DNA of 64,000 bases, taken from contig OY970370.1 of the NCBI GenBank assembly GCA_963718745.1, positions 1,095,904-1,159,903 on the forward strand, read 5' to 3'. The DNA comes from Candidatus Fermentibacterota bacterium (GTDB taxonomy: Bacteria; Fermentibacterota; Fermentibacteria; Fermentibacterales; Fermentibacteraceae). Position 1 is the first letter of the stretch; every line of letters begins with the position of its first letter. Positions 1 to 15,127 of the stretch are shown here, piece by piece. The position numbers and the translations under genes are program-made. Under the pieces are notes generated by a model. The model made no database searches, was not told the DNA's origin, and saw only the letters and a list, made by a program, of their open reading frames with translations.

Positions 1-76
1 CGCACGCGTGTCCGACACTTGAGCGAGCTGGCGCAGCGAGTGATGCGGCGGCCCTCCTGGATTCTCTCCCGGAGGG

Positions 77-550
77 CTACCAGCGATAATGCGCGAAGGC
101 CTTGTTAGCCTCGGCCATCTTGTGGGTTTCGTCCTTCTTCTTGACGCTGCCGGAGTTCTCGCCCCTGGCTGCGTCCATGATCTCGCCCGAGAGCTTCTCG
201 GCCATGGTGTGTCCCTTGCGGGACCTGGAATAGCTGATGATCCAGCGTATCGCCAGGGCGTCGCGCTCGGAGGGCTTGACCTCCATCGGGACCTGGTAGG
301 TCGAACCGCCGACCCTTCTGGATTTCACCTTCAACACGGGCCTGACGTTGTTCATGGCCCTGTTGAAGACGCCCAGGCCGTCCTGTCCCGTCTTCTCCTC
401 GATGATGTCCATGGATCCGTAGAAGATCCTCTCGGCTACAGGCTTCTTGCCTTCGGACATCAGAGCGTTGATGAACTTGGAAACGAGGGTGTTCCCGTAT
501 CGCCTGTCGGGTATCGGTTCCCTCCTCTTCGGTGCCGCACGTCTGGGCAT
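77..550 (-). CDS. rpsG: 30S ribosomal protein S7
   Basis: 157-aa ORF. N-terminus MPRRAAPKRREPIPD and overall sequence are typical uS7. Sits directly downstream of rpsL as in the str operon. Confidence 0.97.
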   Translation of the reverse strand: MPRRAAPKRREPIPDRRYGNTLVSKFINALMSEGKKPVAERIFYGSMDIIEEKTGQDGLGVFNRAMNNVRPVLKVKSRRVGGSTYQVPMEVKPSERDALAIRWIISYSRSRKGHTMAEKLSGEIMDAARGENSGSVKKKDETHKMAEANKAFAHYRW

Positions 551-588
551 GTTTCAGACAACTCCTGCCGTGTTCAACTAGGTTGTAC

Positions 589-960
589 CTAAGAGGGTTT
601 CTTGGCCCCGTACTTGGATCTGCTCTGACGCCTTCCCTCCACACCGGAGGTATCCTCGACACCCCTTATGATGTGGTAGCGGACGCCTGGAAGGTCCTTC
701 ACCCTTCCGCCCCTCACCAGGACGACCGAGTGCTCGTTGAGATTGTGGCCCTCGCCGGGAATGTAGCAGGTGACCTCATACCCGTTGCGGAGCCTCACTC
801 TCGCTACCTTCCTGAGAGCGGAATTGGGCTTCTTGGGGGTGCTGGTGTACACCCTGGTGCAGATGCCCTTCTTCTGAGGGCAACCGGTCAACGCCGGCGC
901 CTTGGTCTTCGATTCGGGTTTCGATCGTCCGAACCGGACGAGCTGATTGATCGTCGGCAA
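589..960 (-). CDS. rpsL: 30S ribosomal protein S12
   Basis: 123-aa ORF beginning MPTINQLVR and carrying the conserved [10 protein letters not shown] uS12 motif. Confidence 0.97.
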   Translation of the reverse strand: MPTINQLVRFGRSKPESKTKAPALTGCPQKKGICTRVYTSTPKKPNSALRKVARVRLRNGYEVTCYIPGEGHNLNEHSVVLVRGGRVKDLPGVRYHIIRGVEDTSGVEGRRQSRSKYGAKKPS

Positions 961-1014
961 CTCAACTCCTTTCAGCGCCGGTATGCCTTGCCGGCTGTTC
1001 GGGAAGCCCGTACT

Positions 1015-5799
<4,785 letters not shown>

Positions 5800-5801
5800 C
5801 G

Positions 5802-8800
5802 CTACTTCTCCTCCTCGGTGACGAGCTCTACATCGAGCGCCAGGCTCCTCATCTCGTTGAGGAGGACGTTGAACGATTCCGGTACGCCTGGATCAGGAAT
5901 GTTCTCGTTGTTCACAATCGCGCTGTAGGCTCTCGAACGGCCTTCGGCGTCGTCGGACTTGATCGTCAGCATCTCTCTGAGGGTGTAGGCGGCGCCGTAG
6001 GCCTCGAGAGCCCAGACCTCCATCTCGCCGAGCCTCTGTCCACCCTTCTGCGCCTTTCCTCCCAGCGGCTGCTGGGTGACCATCGCGTACGGGCCGGTCG
6101 AGCGGGCGTGCATCTTGTCCTCGACCTGGTGGGCCAGCTTCATCATGTACATCACGCCCACCGTGACGGGGCGCGCCATGGGCTCACCGGTGCGGCCGTC
6201 GTACAGGACGCTCTTGCCGTCCTCCGGGAGACCCGCCTCGGCGAGCAGCTTGCGGATCGTATCGTTGGGCGCGGAGTCGAAGACGGGTGTGACCGCGTCG
6301 AATCCGAGCGCCTTGGCGGCCCAGCCGAGGTTCGTCTCCAGGATCTGGCCGACGTTCATCCTCGACGGGACTCCGAGGGGGTTGATGCAGATGTCGACGG
6401 GCGTGCCGTCCGGGAGATAGGGCATGTCCTCCTCGGGAACGATTATGCTGACCACGCCCTTGTTGCCGTGCCGGCCGGCCATCTTGTCGCCGACCTGCAG
6501 CTTCCTGCGGCTGGCGATGAGGACCTTGACCAGCTTGAGCGTGCCCGGCTGGAGGTCGTCGCCACGGTTCAGCTTGTCGATCTCGATCTCGTACTCGTGC
6601 TGCATCCTGTCCAGGACCTGGGCGGCCCTGCGGAGGACCTGCCTGGCCTTGTCGTCGGTCTCGAGGTTGTCGACGAGCTGGCGGCCGTAGTCCATGTCCA
6701 TGAAGTTGAGCTTGTTGAGTATCGTCGCGGAGAGCTTCCTCCCTGCGGGGATGGCCACCTCGCCGGTCAGCGTGTCGACCATGTCGACCGCCTTCTGGTC
6801 CTTGAGGAGTTCCTTCAGTATGGAGTCCCGCTCCTCGCAGAGCTTCGACTTCTTCAGATCATGGGTCTGTGCGAGCTTCTGGATCTTCTCGTCCAGCTCG
6901 CGGCGAGCCCTCTCGGACCTGTCGCGCCTCGCGTAGACCTTCACGTCTATCACCACTCCGTCCATGCCGGCCGGAGCCTTGAGCGAGACGTCCTTCACGT
7001 CCCCGGCCTTCTGGCCGAAGATCGCGCGGATCAGCCTCTCCTCGGGTGACTGGTCCTGCTCGCCCTTGGGAGTGACCTTCCCGACGAGATAGTCGTCGGC
7101 CTTGACCCTCGAGCCGACCCTGATGATGCCGTCGGCATCGAGGTTGCGCTTGGCGTCTTCGCCTACGTTCGGGATCTCCCGGGTGAGCTCCTCGGGACCG
7201 AGCTTGGTCTCCCTGAACTGGGTTTCGAGCTCGAAGACGTGGACGCTCGTGAAGATGTCCTTCTTGATCAGCTTCTCGCTGACGACGATTGCGTCCTCGT
7301 AGTTGTAGCCGTTCCACGGGCAGAGAGCGACTATGGCGTTTACGCCGAGCGCGAGCCTGCCGTTGCTCGTCGCCATCCCGTCGGCCAGAGGCTGTCCGGC
7401 CGCGACGTGCTCGCCCTCGTGGATCAGGGGCTTCTGGTTGATCGACGTGTCCTGGTTCGTCCGTACGAACTTCTTGAGTTTGTATGTGTCGTAGCGGTTG
7501 AAGTCCAGCGGGTCGCTGTCGGCTCTGACGACGATCATCGCCGAGTCCGCGAACGTCACGGTGCCGCTCCTGCGGGCGGAGACGAGAGCGCCGGAATCCT
7601 TGGCGGCCCTTCCCTCCAGGCCCGTACCGACTATGGGGGCCTCGGTATAGAGGAGGGGCACGGCCTGGCGCTGCATGTTGGAGCCCATCAGAGCCCTGTT
7701 CGCGTCGTCGTGCTCGAGGAACGGGATGAGCGCTGCCGACACTCCGACGAGCTGCTGCGGGCTGACATCGATGAACTCGACTTCGGACGGCGGGACCAGG
7801 GGGAAGTTGCCGGCCCTCCTGGAGCGGACGAGAGGTCCGATCAGGTTTCCGTTCTTGTCGAACCCGGCATTGGCCTCGGCTATCGTGGTCCTGTCCTCGC
7901 GGTCGGCGGAGAGGTAGACGACCTCGTTGGTCACCTTGCCTTCGATCACCCTTCGGTAGGGCGCCTCGAGGAAGCCGAACCTGTTTATGGAGGCGTACAC
8001 GGCGAGCGTTGTTATCAGACCGATGTTGGGGCCCTCGGGGGTCTCGACGGGGCACACCCTGCCGTAGTGGGTGTGATGAACGTCCCTGACGTCGAAACCG
8101 GCCCGCTCACGGGTCAGTCCGCCTTCGCCGAGCGCACTGGTGCGCCGCTTGTGGGTGAGCTCCGCCAGAGGATTGGTCTGCTCCATGAACTGTGACAGCT
8201 GGCTGGAGCCGAAGAACGTGTTTATCACGCTGGAGAGAGTGCGGGAGTTGACCAGTTCGGTAGGCGTGAGCTTGTCGCGGTCCTGGTGGCCCATCCTGTC
8301 GCGTATGGTGCGGGCCATCCTGCTGAGACCCTTCGAGAACTCCTGCCCGAGCAGCTCGCCGACGGTCTTGACCCTTCGGTTGCCCAGGTGGTCGATGTCG
8401 TCGGCTGTTATCTTGCCCTCCCGGAGCTTGATGAGGTTGTCGACTATCGCGACGAGGTCGTCCACCGAGAGTGTGAGCCTGTCCATCGTAGTGTCGATGT
8501 TGAGACGCTCGTTGAGCTTGTAGCGCCCGACCTCGCTCAGGCTGTACCGCTTCGAATCGAAGAACATCGATCGGAGGTAGCTCCTGGCGTGGTCGAGGGA
8601 GGGGGCTTCGGTTCCCCTGAGAGCCTCGTAGATCCAGAGAGTGGCGTTGTCCTCGCTCTTCTCCTGGCCCGTGCCGAGACTGCTCTCCTCCTTCGCAAGC
8701 GTCTTCCTGATGCCGTCGAAGTCGGTCTTCTCGCTCCGGATCTCGAGGAAGGAGGCTTTCTTTATGCCCCTGGCCACGAGGTTCTCGATCTTCTCGATCG

Positions 8801-9605
8801 ACTCCACGGGTTCGTCCACATGCGCGAGGAGCTCCCCGGTTTCGGGATCGACCAGGTCGTCCGCGAAGGACTTCAGTGTGAGGTCCACCGCCCTTCCCCT
8901 GTTCTTCAGGGCGGCCTCGAGGTCGCGCTCGACCTTGGGGTAGAAGCGGCAGAGGATCTCGGAATCTGTGGCGAGCCCGAGGGACCGGAGCAGCATGGTG
9001 ATGGGGATCCTCTTGGGACGCTTGTCTATGTTGGCGAAGATGACGTCGTTCGTGTCCAGCATTAGGTCGAGCCAGGAACCACGCTGGGGAATCACGCGGG
9101 CGCTGCAGACCCTGCGCCCTCTCTGTACCGTCTTCTCTTCGAAGAACACGCCGGGGCTCCTGTGGAGCTGGCTGACGATGACGCGCTCGGCGCCGTTGAT
9201 GATGAAGGATCCGGTCTCGGTCATCAGTGGCAGTTCGCCGTGGAACACCGACTGCTGAACGATCCGGGATACTTTCTTGTCATCGGGAGTGCCGCGGAAG
9301 ACGAGCCTCAGTTTGGCGTTGAGCGGAGCCGAATAGGTGAGATGCTTGTCCAGCGCTTCCTGTATGCTCCAGCGGGGAGTCCCGACCGTGTACTCGACGT
9401 ATTCCAGCGAGAACTCCTTGTTGGTGCTCTCGATGGGGAACGTGTCGAGGAATATCTTGTGTAGACCCTGTGGAAGTCGCTCATCCGGCGGCACGTCGGC
9501 CTGCAGGAACATGTCGAACGATTTCTTCTGGATCTCGAGGAGATCCGGCAAATCGATTGCTGGAATCGCGCACGAGTAATCCCTGACTGGTCTCTTAGGA
9601 TTCAC
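5802..9605 (-). CDS. rpoB: DNA-directed RNA polymerase subunit beta
   Basis: 1267-aa ORF with conserved beta-subunit blocks throughout. GTG start (cac at 9603-9605 on the plus strand) reading MNPKRPVRDY. Canonical position upstream of rpoC. Confidence 0.98.
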   Translation of the reverse strand: MNPKRPVRDYSCAIPAIDLPDLLEIQKKSFDMFLQADVPPDERLPQGLHKIFLDTFPIESTNKEFSLEYVEYTVGTPRWSIQEALDKHLTYSAPLNAKLRLVFRGTPDDKKVSRIVQQSVFHGELPLMTETGSFIINGAERVIVSQLHRSPGVFFEEKTVQRGRRVCSARVIPQRGSWLDLMLDTNDVIFANIDKRPKRIPITMLLRSLGLATDSEILCRFYPKVERDLEAALKNRGRAVDLTLKSFADDLVDPETGELLAHVDEPVESIEKIENLVARGIKKASFLEIRSEKTDFDGIRKTLAKEESSLGTGQEKSEDNATLWIYEALRGTEAPSLDHARSYLRSMFFDSKRYSLSEVGRYKLNERLNIDTTMDRLTLSVDDLVAIVDNLIKLREGKITADDIDHLGNRRVKTVGELLGQEFSKGLSRMARTIRDRMGHQDRDKLTPTELVNSRTLSSVINTFFGSSQLSQFMEQTNPLAELTHKRRTSALGEGGLTRERAGFDVRDVHHTHYGRVCPVETPEGPNIGLITTLAVYASINRFGFLEAPYRRVIEGKVTNEVVYLSADREDRTTIAEANAGFDKNGNLIGPLVRSRRAGNFPLVPPSEVEFIDVSPQQLVGVSAALIPFLEHDDANRALMGSNMQRQAVPLLYTEAPIVGTGLEGRAAKDSGALVSARRSGTVTFADSAMIVVRADSDPLDFNRYDTYKLKKFVRTNQDTSINQKPLIHEGEHVAAGQPLADGMATSNGRLALGVNAIVALCPWNGYNYEDAIVVSEKLIKKDIFTSVHVFELETQFRETKLGPEELTREIPNVGEDAKRNLDADGIIRVGSRVKADDYLVGKVTPKGEQDQSPEERLIRAIFGQKAGDVKDVSLKAPAGMDGVVIDVKVYARRDRSERARRELDEKIQKLAQTHDLKKSKLCEERDSILKELLKDQKAVDMVDTLTGEVAIPAGRKLSATILNKLNFMDMDYGRQLVDNLETDDKARQVLRRAAQVLDRMQHEYEIEIDKLNRGDDLQPGTLKLVKVLIASRRKLQVGDKMAGRHGNKGVVSIIVPEEDMPYLPDGTPVDICINPLGVPSRMNVGQILETNLGWAAKALGFDAVTPVFDSAPNDTIRKLLAEAGLPEDGKSVLYDGRTGEPMARPVTVGVMYMMKLAHQVEDKMHARSTGPYAMVTQQPLGGKAQKGGQRLGEMEVWALEAYGAAYTLREMLTIKSDDAEGRSRAYSAIVNNENIPDPGVPESFNVLLNEMRSLALDVELVTEEEK

Positions 9606-9665
9606 CTGGCTCTCCTAACGACTGACTCTTTTTACTGGGCCAACCCGGTCCGGGACAAACGGCGA

Positions 9666-9687
9666 GAGAAGGCGTAGAAGCCTTCTC
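9666..9687 (-). terminator. Intergenic hairpin (candidate partial terminator/attenuator) between rplL and rpoB
   Basis: GAGAAGGC-6nt-GCCUUCUC (8-bp GC-rich stem) in the 110-nt rplL-rpoB spacer. On the transcribed strand it is followed by UCGCCGUUUGUCC. This matches the known position of the rplL-rpoB attenuator in other bacteria. Confidence 0.4.
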
Positions 9688-9714
9688 CCGCCGACGGAAC
9701 CCTGCGTACGGTCA

Positions 9715-10095
9715 CTACTGCAGCTTGACAGTAGCGCCGGCCTCCTCGAGCTGCTTCTTGAGGCTTTCGGCTTCGGGCTTCTCCGCGCCTTCCTTGATCT
9801 TGGACGGTACCCCGTCGACCAGGTCCTTGGCTTCCTTGAGCCCGAGGCCTGTTATCTCGCGGAGGACCTTGATGACCTGGATCTTCTTCTCCCCGAAGCT
9901 CTCGAGGATGACGTCGAACTCGGTCTTCTCCTCGACTACGGCCGCGGCTGCCGCGGGGGCGGCTGCGACTGCGGCGGCGGGGGCGGCGGCGGAGACGCCG
10001 AACTTCTCCTCCATCATCTTCACGAGCTCGGCGAGCTCGAGTACGGTCATCCCGGAGATGGTCTCGATAACGAGAGCCTTCTTGTCTTCAGACAT
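9715..10095 (-). CDS. rplL: 50S ribosomal protein L7/L12
   Basis: Ala-rich hinge and C-terminal [13 protein letters not shown] motif. ATG at 10095 (MSEDKK...) has an AAGGAG Shine-Dalgarno 7 nt upstream. The track ATG at 10101 lies only 1 nt from that SD. Confidence 0.95.
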   Translation of the reverse strand: MSEDKKALVIETISGMTVLELAELVKMMEEKFGVSAAAPAAAVAAAPAAAAAVVEEKTEFDVILESFGEKKIQVIKVLREITGLGLKEAKDLVDGVPSKIKEGAEKPEAESLKKQLEEAGATVKLQ

Positions 10096-10148
10096 CTTCA
10101 TTCTCCTTCATAGCCACGCGGACCCCGGCAGGGCCGCCTGATCCTGTC

Positions 10149-10685
10149 CTACTGGTTCTGCTCCTGCTTTTCCTTCAGCGCATTCACGGCGTTGAGGAAG
10201 CTTCGCAGCACCCCGCCCGTGACATTGACAAAACCCTGCAGAGGCGCGTTGATCGAGCCGAGCAGCCGTGCGAGGAGCTCCTCGCGGGACGGCAGATCGG
10301 CAAGGCTCAACATCTCCGTTGCGCTGAAGGAGCGCCCGGAGACGTACCCCCCCTTGATTGACGGCCTGCCGTCGTTGCCCTGCGAATACTTCTTCAGGGC
10401 CCTGACGGGCAGGATCTCATCCTTCGCCCAGGCGACCGCAGTCGGTCCCTGTGCAAGCGCTACCACGGGCTCTCCGCCGACTTCCATGCTGTCGAAGACC
10501 TTGCGGAGAATCGTGTTCTTTACGACCATGAACCTCACGCCAGAAGACCTCAGCTCGTTCCGGAGCGTTGTCATCTTGGCGACGCTTATGCCCGTGAAGT
10601 CCGCGAGTACGATCGAACCGCCTCCCGCAAGCTCCCGGGTCAGTTCTGCCAGGACATCTTCCTTGTGCTTCCTAGTGATGCTCAC
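10149..10685 (-). CDS. rplJ: 50S ribosomal protein L10
   Basis: 178-aa uL10 homolog (MSITRKHKEDVLAELTREL...) in canonical position between rplA and rplL. Confidence 0.95.
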   Translation of the reverse strand: MSITRKHKEDVLAELTRELAGGGSIVLADFTGISVAKMTTLRNELRSSGVRFMVVKNTILRKVFDSMEVGGEPVVALAQGPTAVAWAKDEILPVRALKKYSQGNDGRPSIKGGYVSGRSFSATEMLSLADLPSREELLARLLGSINAPLQGFVNVTGGVLRSFLNAVNALKEKQEQNQ

Positions 10686-10702
10686 CGTCCGCCGCCTTCC
10701 GC

Positions 10703-11407
10703 CTAGCGCAGGTGCGCCCGGACGTCGTTGACGTCCATGTGAACACCGGGTCCCATGGTCGATGAAACGTTGACGGACATCAGATAGCGGCCCTTCGCGC
10801 CCGCGGGGCGGAGCTGCATGATCTTCTCGAGGAAGACTACCGCATTCTCCTCCAGGGCCTTCTGCTCGAAGCTCGCCTTGCCGATGGGCGCGTTCACGTT
10901 CCCCTGCTTGTCAGTGCGGAATGTGATCTTGCCGCCCTTGGACTCCCGTACTGCATCACCGATTTCTGTTGTGACGGTGCCTGTCTTTGGGTTGGGCATG
11001 AGTCCGCGGGGACCGAGGACCTTGCCCAGCTTTCCTACGACCTTCATCATGTCGGGAGTGGCGATGACCACCTGGAAATCGATCCATCCCCCCATGATCT
11101 TGTCAGCCATCTCGTCTTCGCCGACATAGTCGGCTCCCGCGGCCCTGGCTTCCTCCGCCTTGTCCCCACGAGCGAAAACGAGGACGCCTACGGTCCTGCC
11201 CGTGCCGTTGGGGAGTACGCAGGTACCCCTGACCATCTGATCGCTGTACTTCGGGTCCACGCCGAGGCCGATGGCCATCTCGACGGTCTCGTCGAACTTC
11301 GCCGTGGCCAGCTTCTTGACCAGGCCGAGGGCATCCTCGAGTGAGTACTGAAGGGTTCGATCGACCTGGCTCTTCGCTTCGGAGAATCTCTTGCTCGCCT
11401 TCGCCAT
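10703..11407 (-). CDS. rplA: 50S ribosomal protein L1
   Basis: 234-aa uL1 homolog. Its start overlaps the rplK stop by 1 nt (TGATG). Confidence 0.96.
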   Translation of the reverse strand: MAKASKRFSEAKSQVDRTLQYSLEDALGLVKKLATAKFDETVEMAIGLGVDPKYSDQMVRGTCVLPNGTGRTVGVLVFARGDKAEEARAAGADYVGEDEMADKIMGGWIDFQVVIATPDMMKVVGKLGKVLGPRGLMPNPKTGTVTTEIGDAVRESKGGKITFRTDKQGNVNAPIGKASFEQKALEENAVVFLEKIMQLRPAGAKGRYLMSVNVSSTMGPGVHMDVNDVRAHLR

Positions 11408-11832
11408 CAGTCGGTCACCTCCAGACCCATGCTCCTCGCGGTTCCCGCGACCATCCTAACCGCCGAATCGAGCGAAGCCGCGTTCAGGTCGGCCATCTTG
11501 GTCCGTGCGATCTCGCGGACCTGGTCCATGGTGACCGTGCCGACCTTCTGGCGGTTCGGTTCGCCCGAGCCCTTGGCGAGCCCTGCTGCGCGCTTCAGCA
11601 GAACGGCCGCCGGGGGCGACTTGAGCTCGAAGGAAAAGCTCCTGTCGGAATAAACCGTGACAACTGCCGGGAACACAAGACCTTCCTGCCCCTGGGTGCG
11701 GGCATTGAAGTCCTTGCAGAACCCGGGCAGGTTTATGCCGTACTGACCCAGCGAAGGCCCTACCGGCGGAGCCGGTGTAGCCTGTCCTGCTGGCAGCTGC
11801 AGCTTCACCACGCCCAGGATCTTCTTTGCCAT
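11407..11832 (-). CDS. rplK: 50S ribosomal protein L11
   Basis: 141-aa ORF starting [34 protein letters not shown], typical uL11. Confidence 0.96.
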   Translation of the reverse strand: MAKKILGVVKLQLPAGQATPAPPVGPSLGQYGINLPGFCKDFNARTQGQEGLVFPAVVTVYSDRSFSFELKSPPAAVLLKRAAGLAKGSGEPNRQKVGTVTMDQVREIARTKMADLNAASLDSAVRMVAGTARSMGLEVTD

Positions 11833-11920
11833 GCAGACTCCTCTCTGCCGCCATGCGCCTCCCCTTTACCGGCGCCGGCGGGGTTCCGTACACTCAGCTG
11901 CGGGACGATCGGACCGGCTC

Positions 11921-12496
11921 TCAGACGAGCTTGACCTGCGCGAAGTCCAGCTCCACCGGAGCCTTCCGGCCGAAGATCGTGAAGATGACCCGGACTCGTC
12001 CCCGTTCCGGGTTGATCGACTCCACGACACCGGAGAAGTTGTTGAAGGGTCCGTCCACGACCCGCACGGTCTGGCCGACCGAGAAGGGGACGCGGACCAC
12101 CCTGTGTGTCTCCCTGCCGTCCGCCTGGCCGATGATCCTCTTGATCTCGTCATCGGTCAGAGGCTGGGGATAGCTCTTGTTCATGGGAGGGAAGCCGCTC
12201 ACGTTCATCATCGAGCGTATGTCCAGGACCATCTCGTCGCAGAGCTCGAGCTGGACGAAGACATAGCCGGGATAGAGCCTCTTCTCCCGCGTGGTGCGCT
12301 TGGCACCGCGGGTGAGAGTGACCTCCTCCACCGGGATGAGGCTCTTGCCGACCTTCTCGGGGTACTTGAGAGCAAGCGGGCCCTCGAGCCATTTCTTGAC
12401 CCTGAGCTCGTAGCCCGAGAACACATGCACCACGAACCACTTCAGGCTCGTGACCTCCACGGGTTCGACCCCGGTCGCCAAAACCTCGTCAGTCAT
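11921..12496 (-). CDS. nusG: Transcription termination/antitermination factor NusG
   Basis: 191 aa. Has an NGN domain (WFVVHVFSGYELRVKKWLE) and a C-terminal KOW motif. Conserved secE-nusG-rplK synteny. Confidence 0.95.
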   Translation of the reverse strand: MTDEVLATGVEPVEVTSLKWFVVHVFSGYELRVKKWLEGPLALKYPEKVGKSLIPVEEVTLTRGAKRTTREKRLYPGYVFVQLELCDEMVLDIRSMMNVSGFPPMNKSYPQPLTDDEIKRIIGQADGRETHRVVRVPFSVGQTVRVVDGPFNNFSGVVESINPERGRVRVIFTIFGRKAPVELDFAQVKLV

Positions 12497-12521
12497 CAGA
12501 CTTCGTACCTAACCCCGCCCG

Positions 12522-12755
12522 TCAGCCGAGAATGCTGCGGAGGGCGGTCATGAGAACGCTGCTGGCGCGATCCGCTATGAATATCCAGGCGGAGACGATT
12601 GCGACGGCGAAGATCACTACCCAGGTGGAAGCAACGATCTCCTGCCTCGAAGGCCAGGCGACCTTCATCATCTCGGCCTTGACCTCGAGGATGAACTCGA
12701 CGACCCTGCGCCATATCCTGACAATGAAACTCCCAGTCGAGGCCTTTTCAGTCAT
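12522..12755 (-). CDS. secE: Preprotein translocase subunit SecE
   Basis: Small protein with a single C-terminal TM helix (WVVIFAVAIVSAWIFIADRA), conserved immediately upstream of nusG. Start chosen at the internal ATG (MTEKAS...). The track ORF begins further upstream at 12818. Confidence 0.8.
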   Translation of the reverse strand: MTEKASTGSFIVRIWRRVVEFILEVKAEMMKVAWPSRQEIVASTWVVIFAVAIVSAWIFIADRASSVLMTALRSILG

Positions 12756-12788
12756 CGCTTCCTCCGGGCTTGTCAACTGAAGGACTGC

Positions 12789-12864
12789 TGGCAGGGCAGG
12801 AAGGACTTGAACCCTCAACCCCCGGATTTGGAGTCCGGTGCACTGCCAATTGTGCTACTGCCCT
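12789..12864 (-). tRNA. tRNA-Trp (anticodon CCA)
   Basis: A 76-nt cloverleaf on the minus strand. Acceptor stem AGGGCAG/CUGCCCU, anticodon loop CUCCAAA, T-loop GGTTCAAGTCC, encoded 3' CCA. Conserved between rpmG and secE. Confidence 0.85.
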
Positions 12865-12888
12865 GCAGCCTTCCATCTCGCTTCGATC

Positions 12889-13038
12889 CTACTTGCTCTC
12901 GCGGTGCACAGTGTGCTTCCGGCAGAACCTGCAGTACTTGCTCGTCTCCATCCTGTCGGGATGATTGCGCTTGTCCTTGGTGGTGGTGTAGTTGCGCCTC
13001 TTGCAGTCCTGACAGGCAAGGGTGATTATGACTCTCAC
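12889..13038 (-). CDS. rpmG: 50S ribosomal protein L33
   Basis: 49-aa GTG-start [52 protein letters not shown] with two CxxC pairs. Absent from the ORF track because it is short. Canonical tuf-rpmG-tRNATrp-secE order. Confidence 0.85.
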   Translation of the reverse strand: MRVIITLACQDCKRRNYTTTKDKRNHPDRMETSKYCRFCRKHTVHRESK

Positions 13039-13045
13039 TTCATCC

Positions 13046-14239
<1,194 letters not shown>

Positions 14240-14276
14240 TCCTTACTCCTCCGTTTGGGCATGGTCAGCAAGCCCG

Positions 14277-14352
<76 letters not shown>

Positions 14353-14382
14353 GCCCCAATTCTTCGATTCGGACGCCGCTGG

Positions 14383-14459
14383 TGGAGCGGGAAACGGGAT
14401 TCGAACCCGCGACCCTCAGCTTGGAAGGCTGATGCTCTAGCCAGCTGAGCTATTCCCGC
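14383..14459 (-). tRNA. tRNA-Gly (anticodon TCC)
   Basis: Acceptor GCGGGAA/UUCCCGC, anticodon loop CUUCCAA, T-loop TTCGAAT, discriminator U and encoded CCA. A second CCA follows directly. Confidence 0.8.
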
Positions 14460-14470
14460 TCCGAGCCGGT

Positions 14471-14557
14471 TGGTGGCGAGGGGTGGATTCGAACCACCGA
14501 AGGCGTTGAGCCAACAGATTTACAGTCTGCCCCCTTTGACCGCTCGGGAACCTCGCC
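14471..14557 (-). tRNA. tRNA-Tyr (anticodon GTA)
   Basis: 87-nt class II tRNA with a long variable arm: GGCGAGGTTCCCGAGCGGTCAAAGGGGGCAGACTGTAAATCTG...GGTTCGAATCCACCCCTCGCCACCA. Confidence 0.85.
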
Positions 14558-14573
14558 ACGAATTCACCTGGTC

Positions 14574-14649
14574 TGGAGCTGGCGAAGGGAGTTGAACCCA
14601 TAACCTGCGGATTACAAATCCGCTGCTCTGCCGATTGAGCTACGCCAGC
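14574..14649 (-). tRNA. tRNA-Thr (anticodon TGT)
   Basis: Reads GCTGGCGTAGCTCAATCGGCAGAGCAGCGGATTTGTAATCCGCAGGTTATGGGTTCAACTCCCTTCGCCAGCTCCA. It is the first gene of the thr-tyr-gly-thr-tuf array, the same order as E. coli thrU-tyrU-glyT-thrT-tufB. Confidence 0.85.
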
Positions 14650-14662
14650 AACGCGAACGTGA

Positions 14663-14691
14663 TACATACGCGCCTGCGAAAAAGTCGTCAA
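14663..14691 (-). promoter_or_regulatory. Candidate sigma70-type promoter of the tRNA-tuf operon
   Basis: On the minus strand: TTGACG (-35, 14691-14686), a 17-nt spacer, then TATGTA (-10, 14668-14663). This sits about 13 nt upstream of the mature 5' end of tRNA-Thr(TGT), leaving a short leader for RNase P. Confidence 0.4.
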
Positions 14692-14820
14692 GACCGGCAA
14701 GGACCGGCCCTGCGCCTCCCCGGCGGTATTCTCTTTCAGTCAAACCGGAGGGCGGTCACCTCCGGCCCGATATAGTAAGCGCAGCCCGCTCCCGGGTCAA
14801 TCCCCTCCGCCCCGCCCCCT

Positions 14821-15040
14821 CAGGATCGGTTTTAACTTCTGGTCCTAAAACCGCTCACTTTGTGTTTTGATGCGATTATTATCTAAATACGAGCGGCCAT
14901 TACAATACAAGCAGCCATGCAAGCAATTGCCGGGGATTTGATTCCCTGCTATCCGAGAGAATCCGGTCCGGATCTTCGGCATGATTGCTGGCTGATCTCC
15001 CAAATTCATGAATTAGGACCAGAAGTTAAAACCGATCCTG
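14821..15040. repeat. 220-bp AT-rich element bounded by perfect 28-bp terminal inverted repeats (MITE-like)
   Basis: CAGGATCGGTTTTAACTTCTGGTCCTAA at 14821-14848 is the exact reverse complement of 15013-15040. The roughly 164-bp interior is about 45% GC in a roughly 68% GC genome. It lies in the divergent intergenic region between the tRNA-tuf promoter and the lipoprotein gene. Confidence 0.6.
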
Positions 15041-15127
15041 GCTGCGATCCTGGCTGGCGTGGGATCCGGCCGGGGTGCGGGAGGGCGGGCCGGGCATATA
15101 TTCGACCAGTGAAAGGCGGTGCCGACG

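Noticed and set aside
1-76. A possible 5' end of fusA (EF-G) downstream of rpsG at the window edge.
   Set aside because: There is a GGAGGG Shine-Dalgarno-like motif, but no in-frame start codon or recognisable EF-G N-terminus within the 76 nt available. The window boundary prevents a call.
14380-14386. Tandem CCACCA at the 3' end of the tRNA-Gly gene (CCACCA tagging marks unstable tRNAs for decay).
   Set aside because: The second CCA lies in the inter-tRNA spacer of a polycistronic precursor. It is most simply spacer sequence removed by 3' processing. Three nucleotides of coincidence are not significant.
15034-15058. Short direct repeat GATCCTGGCTG x2 adjacent to the right inverted-repeat arm.
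   Set aside because: Only two imperfect 10-11-nt copies. This is within chance expectation for GC-rich sequence. It is mentioned only as possible context for the inverted-repeat element.
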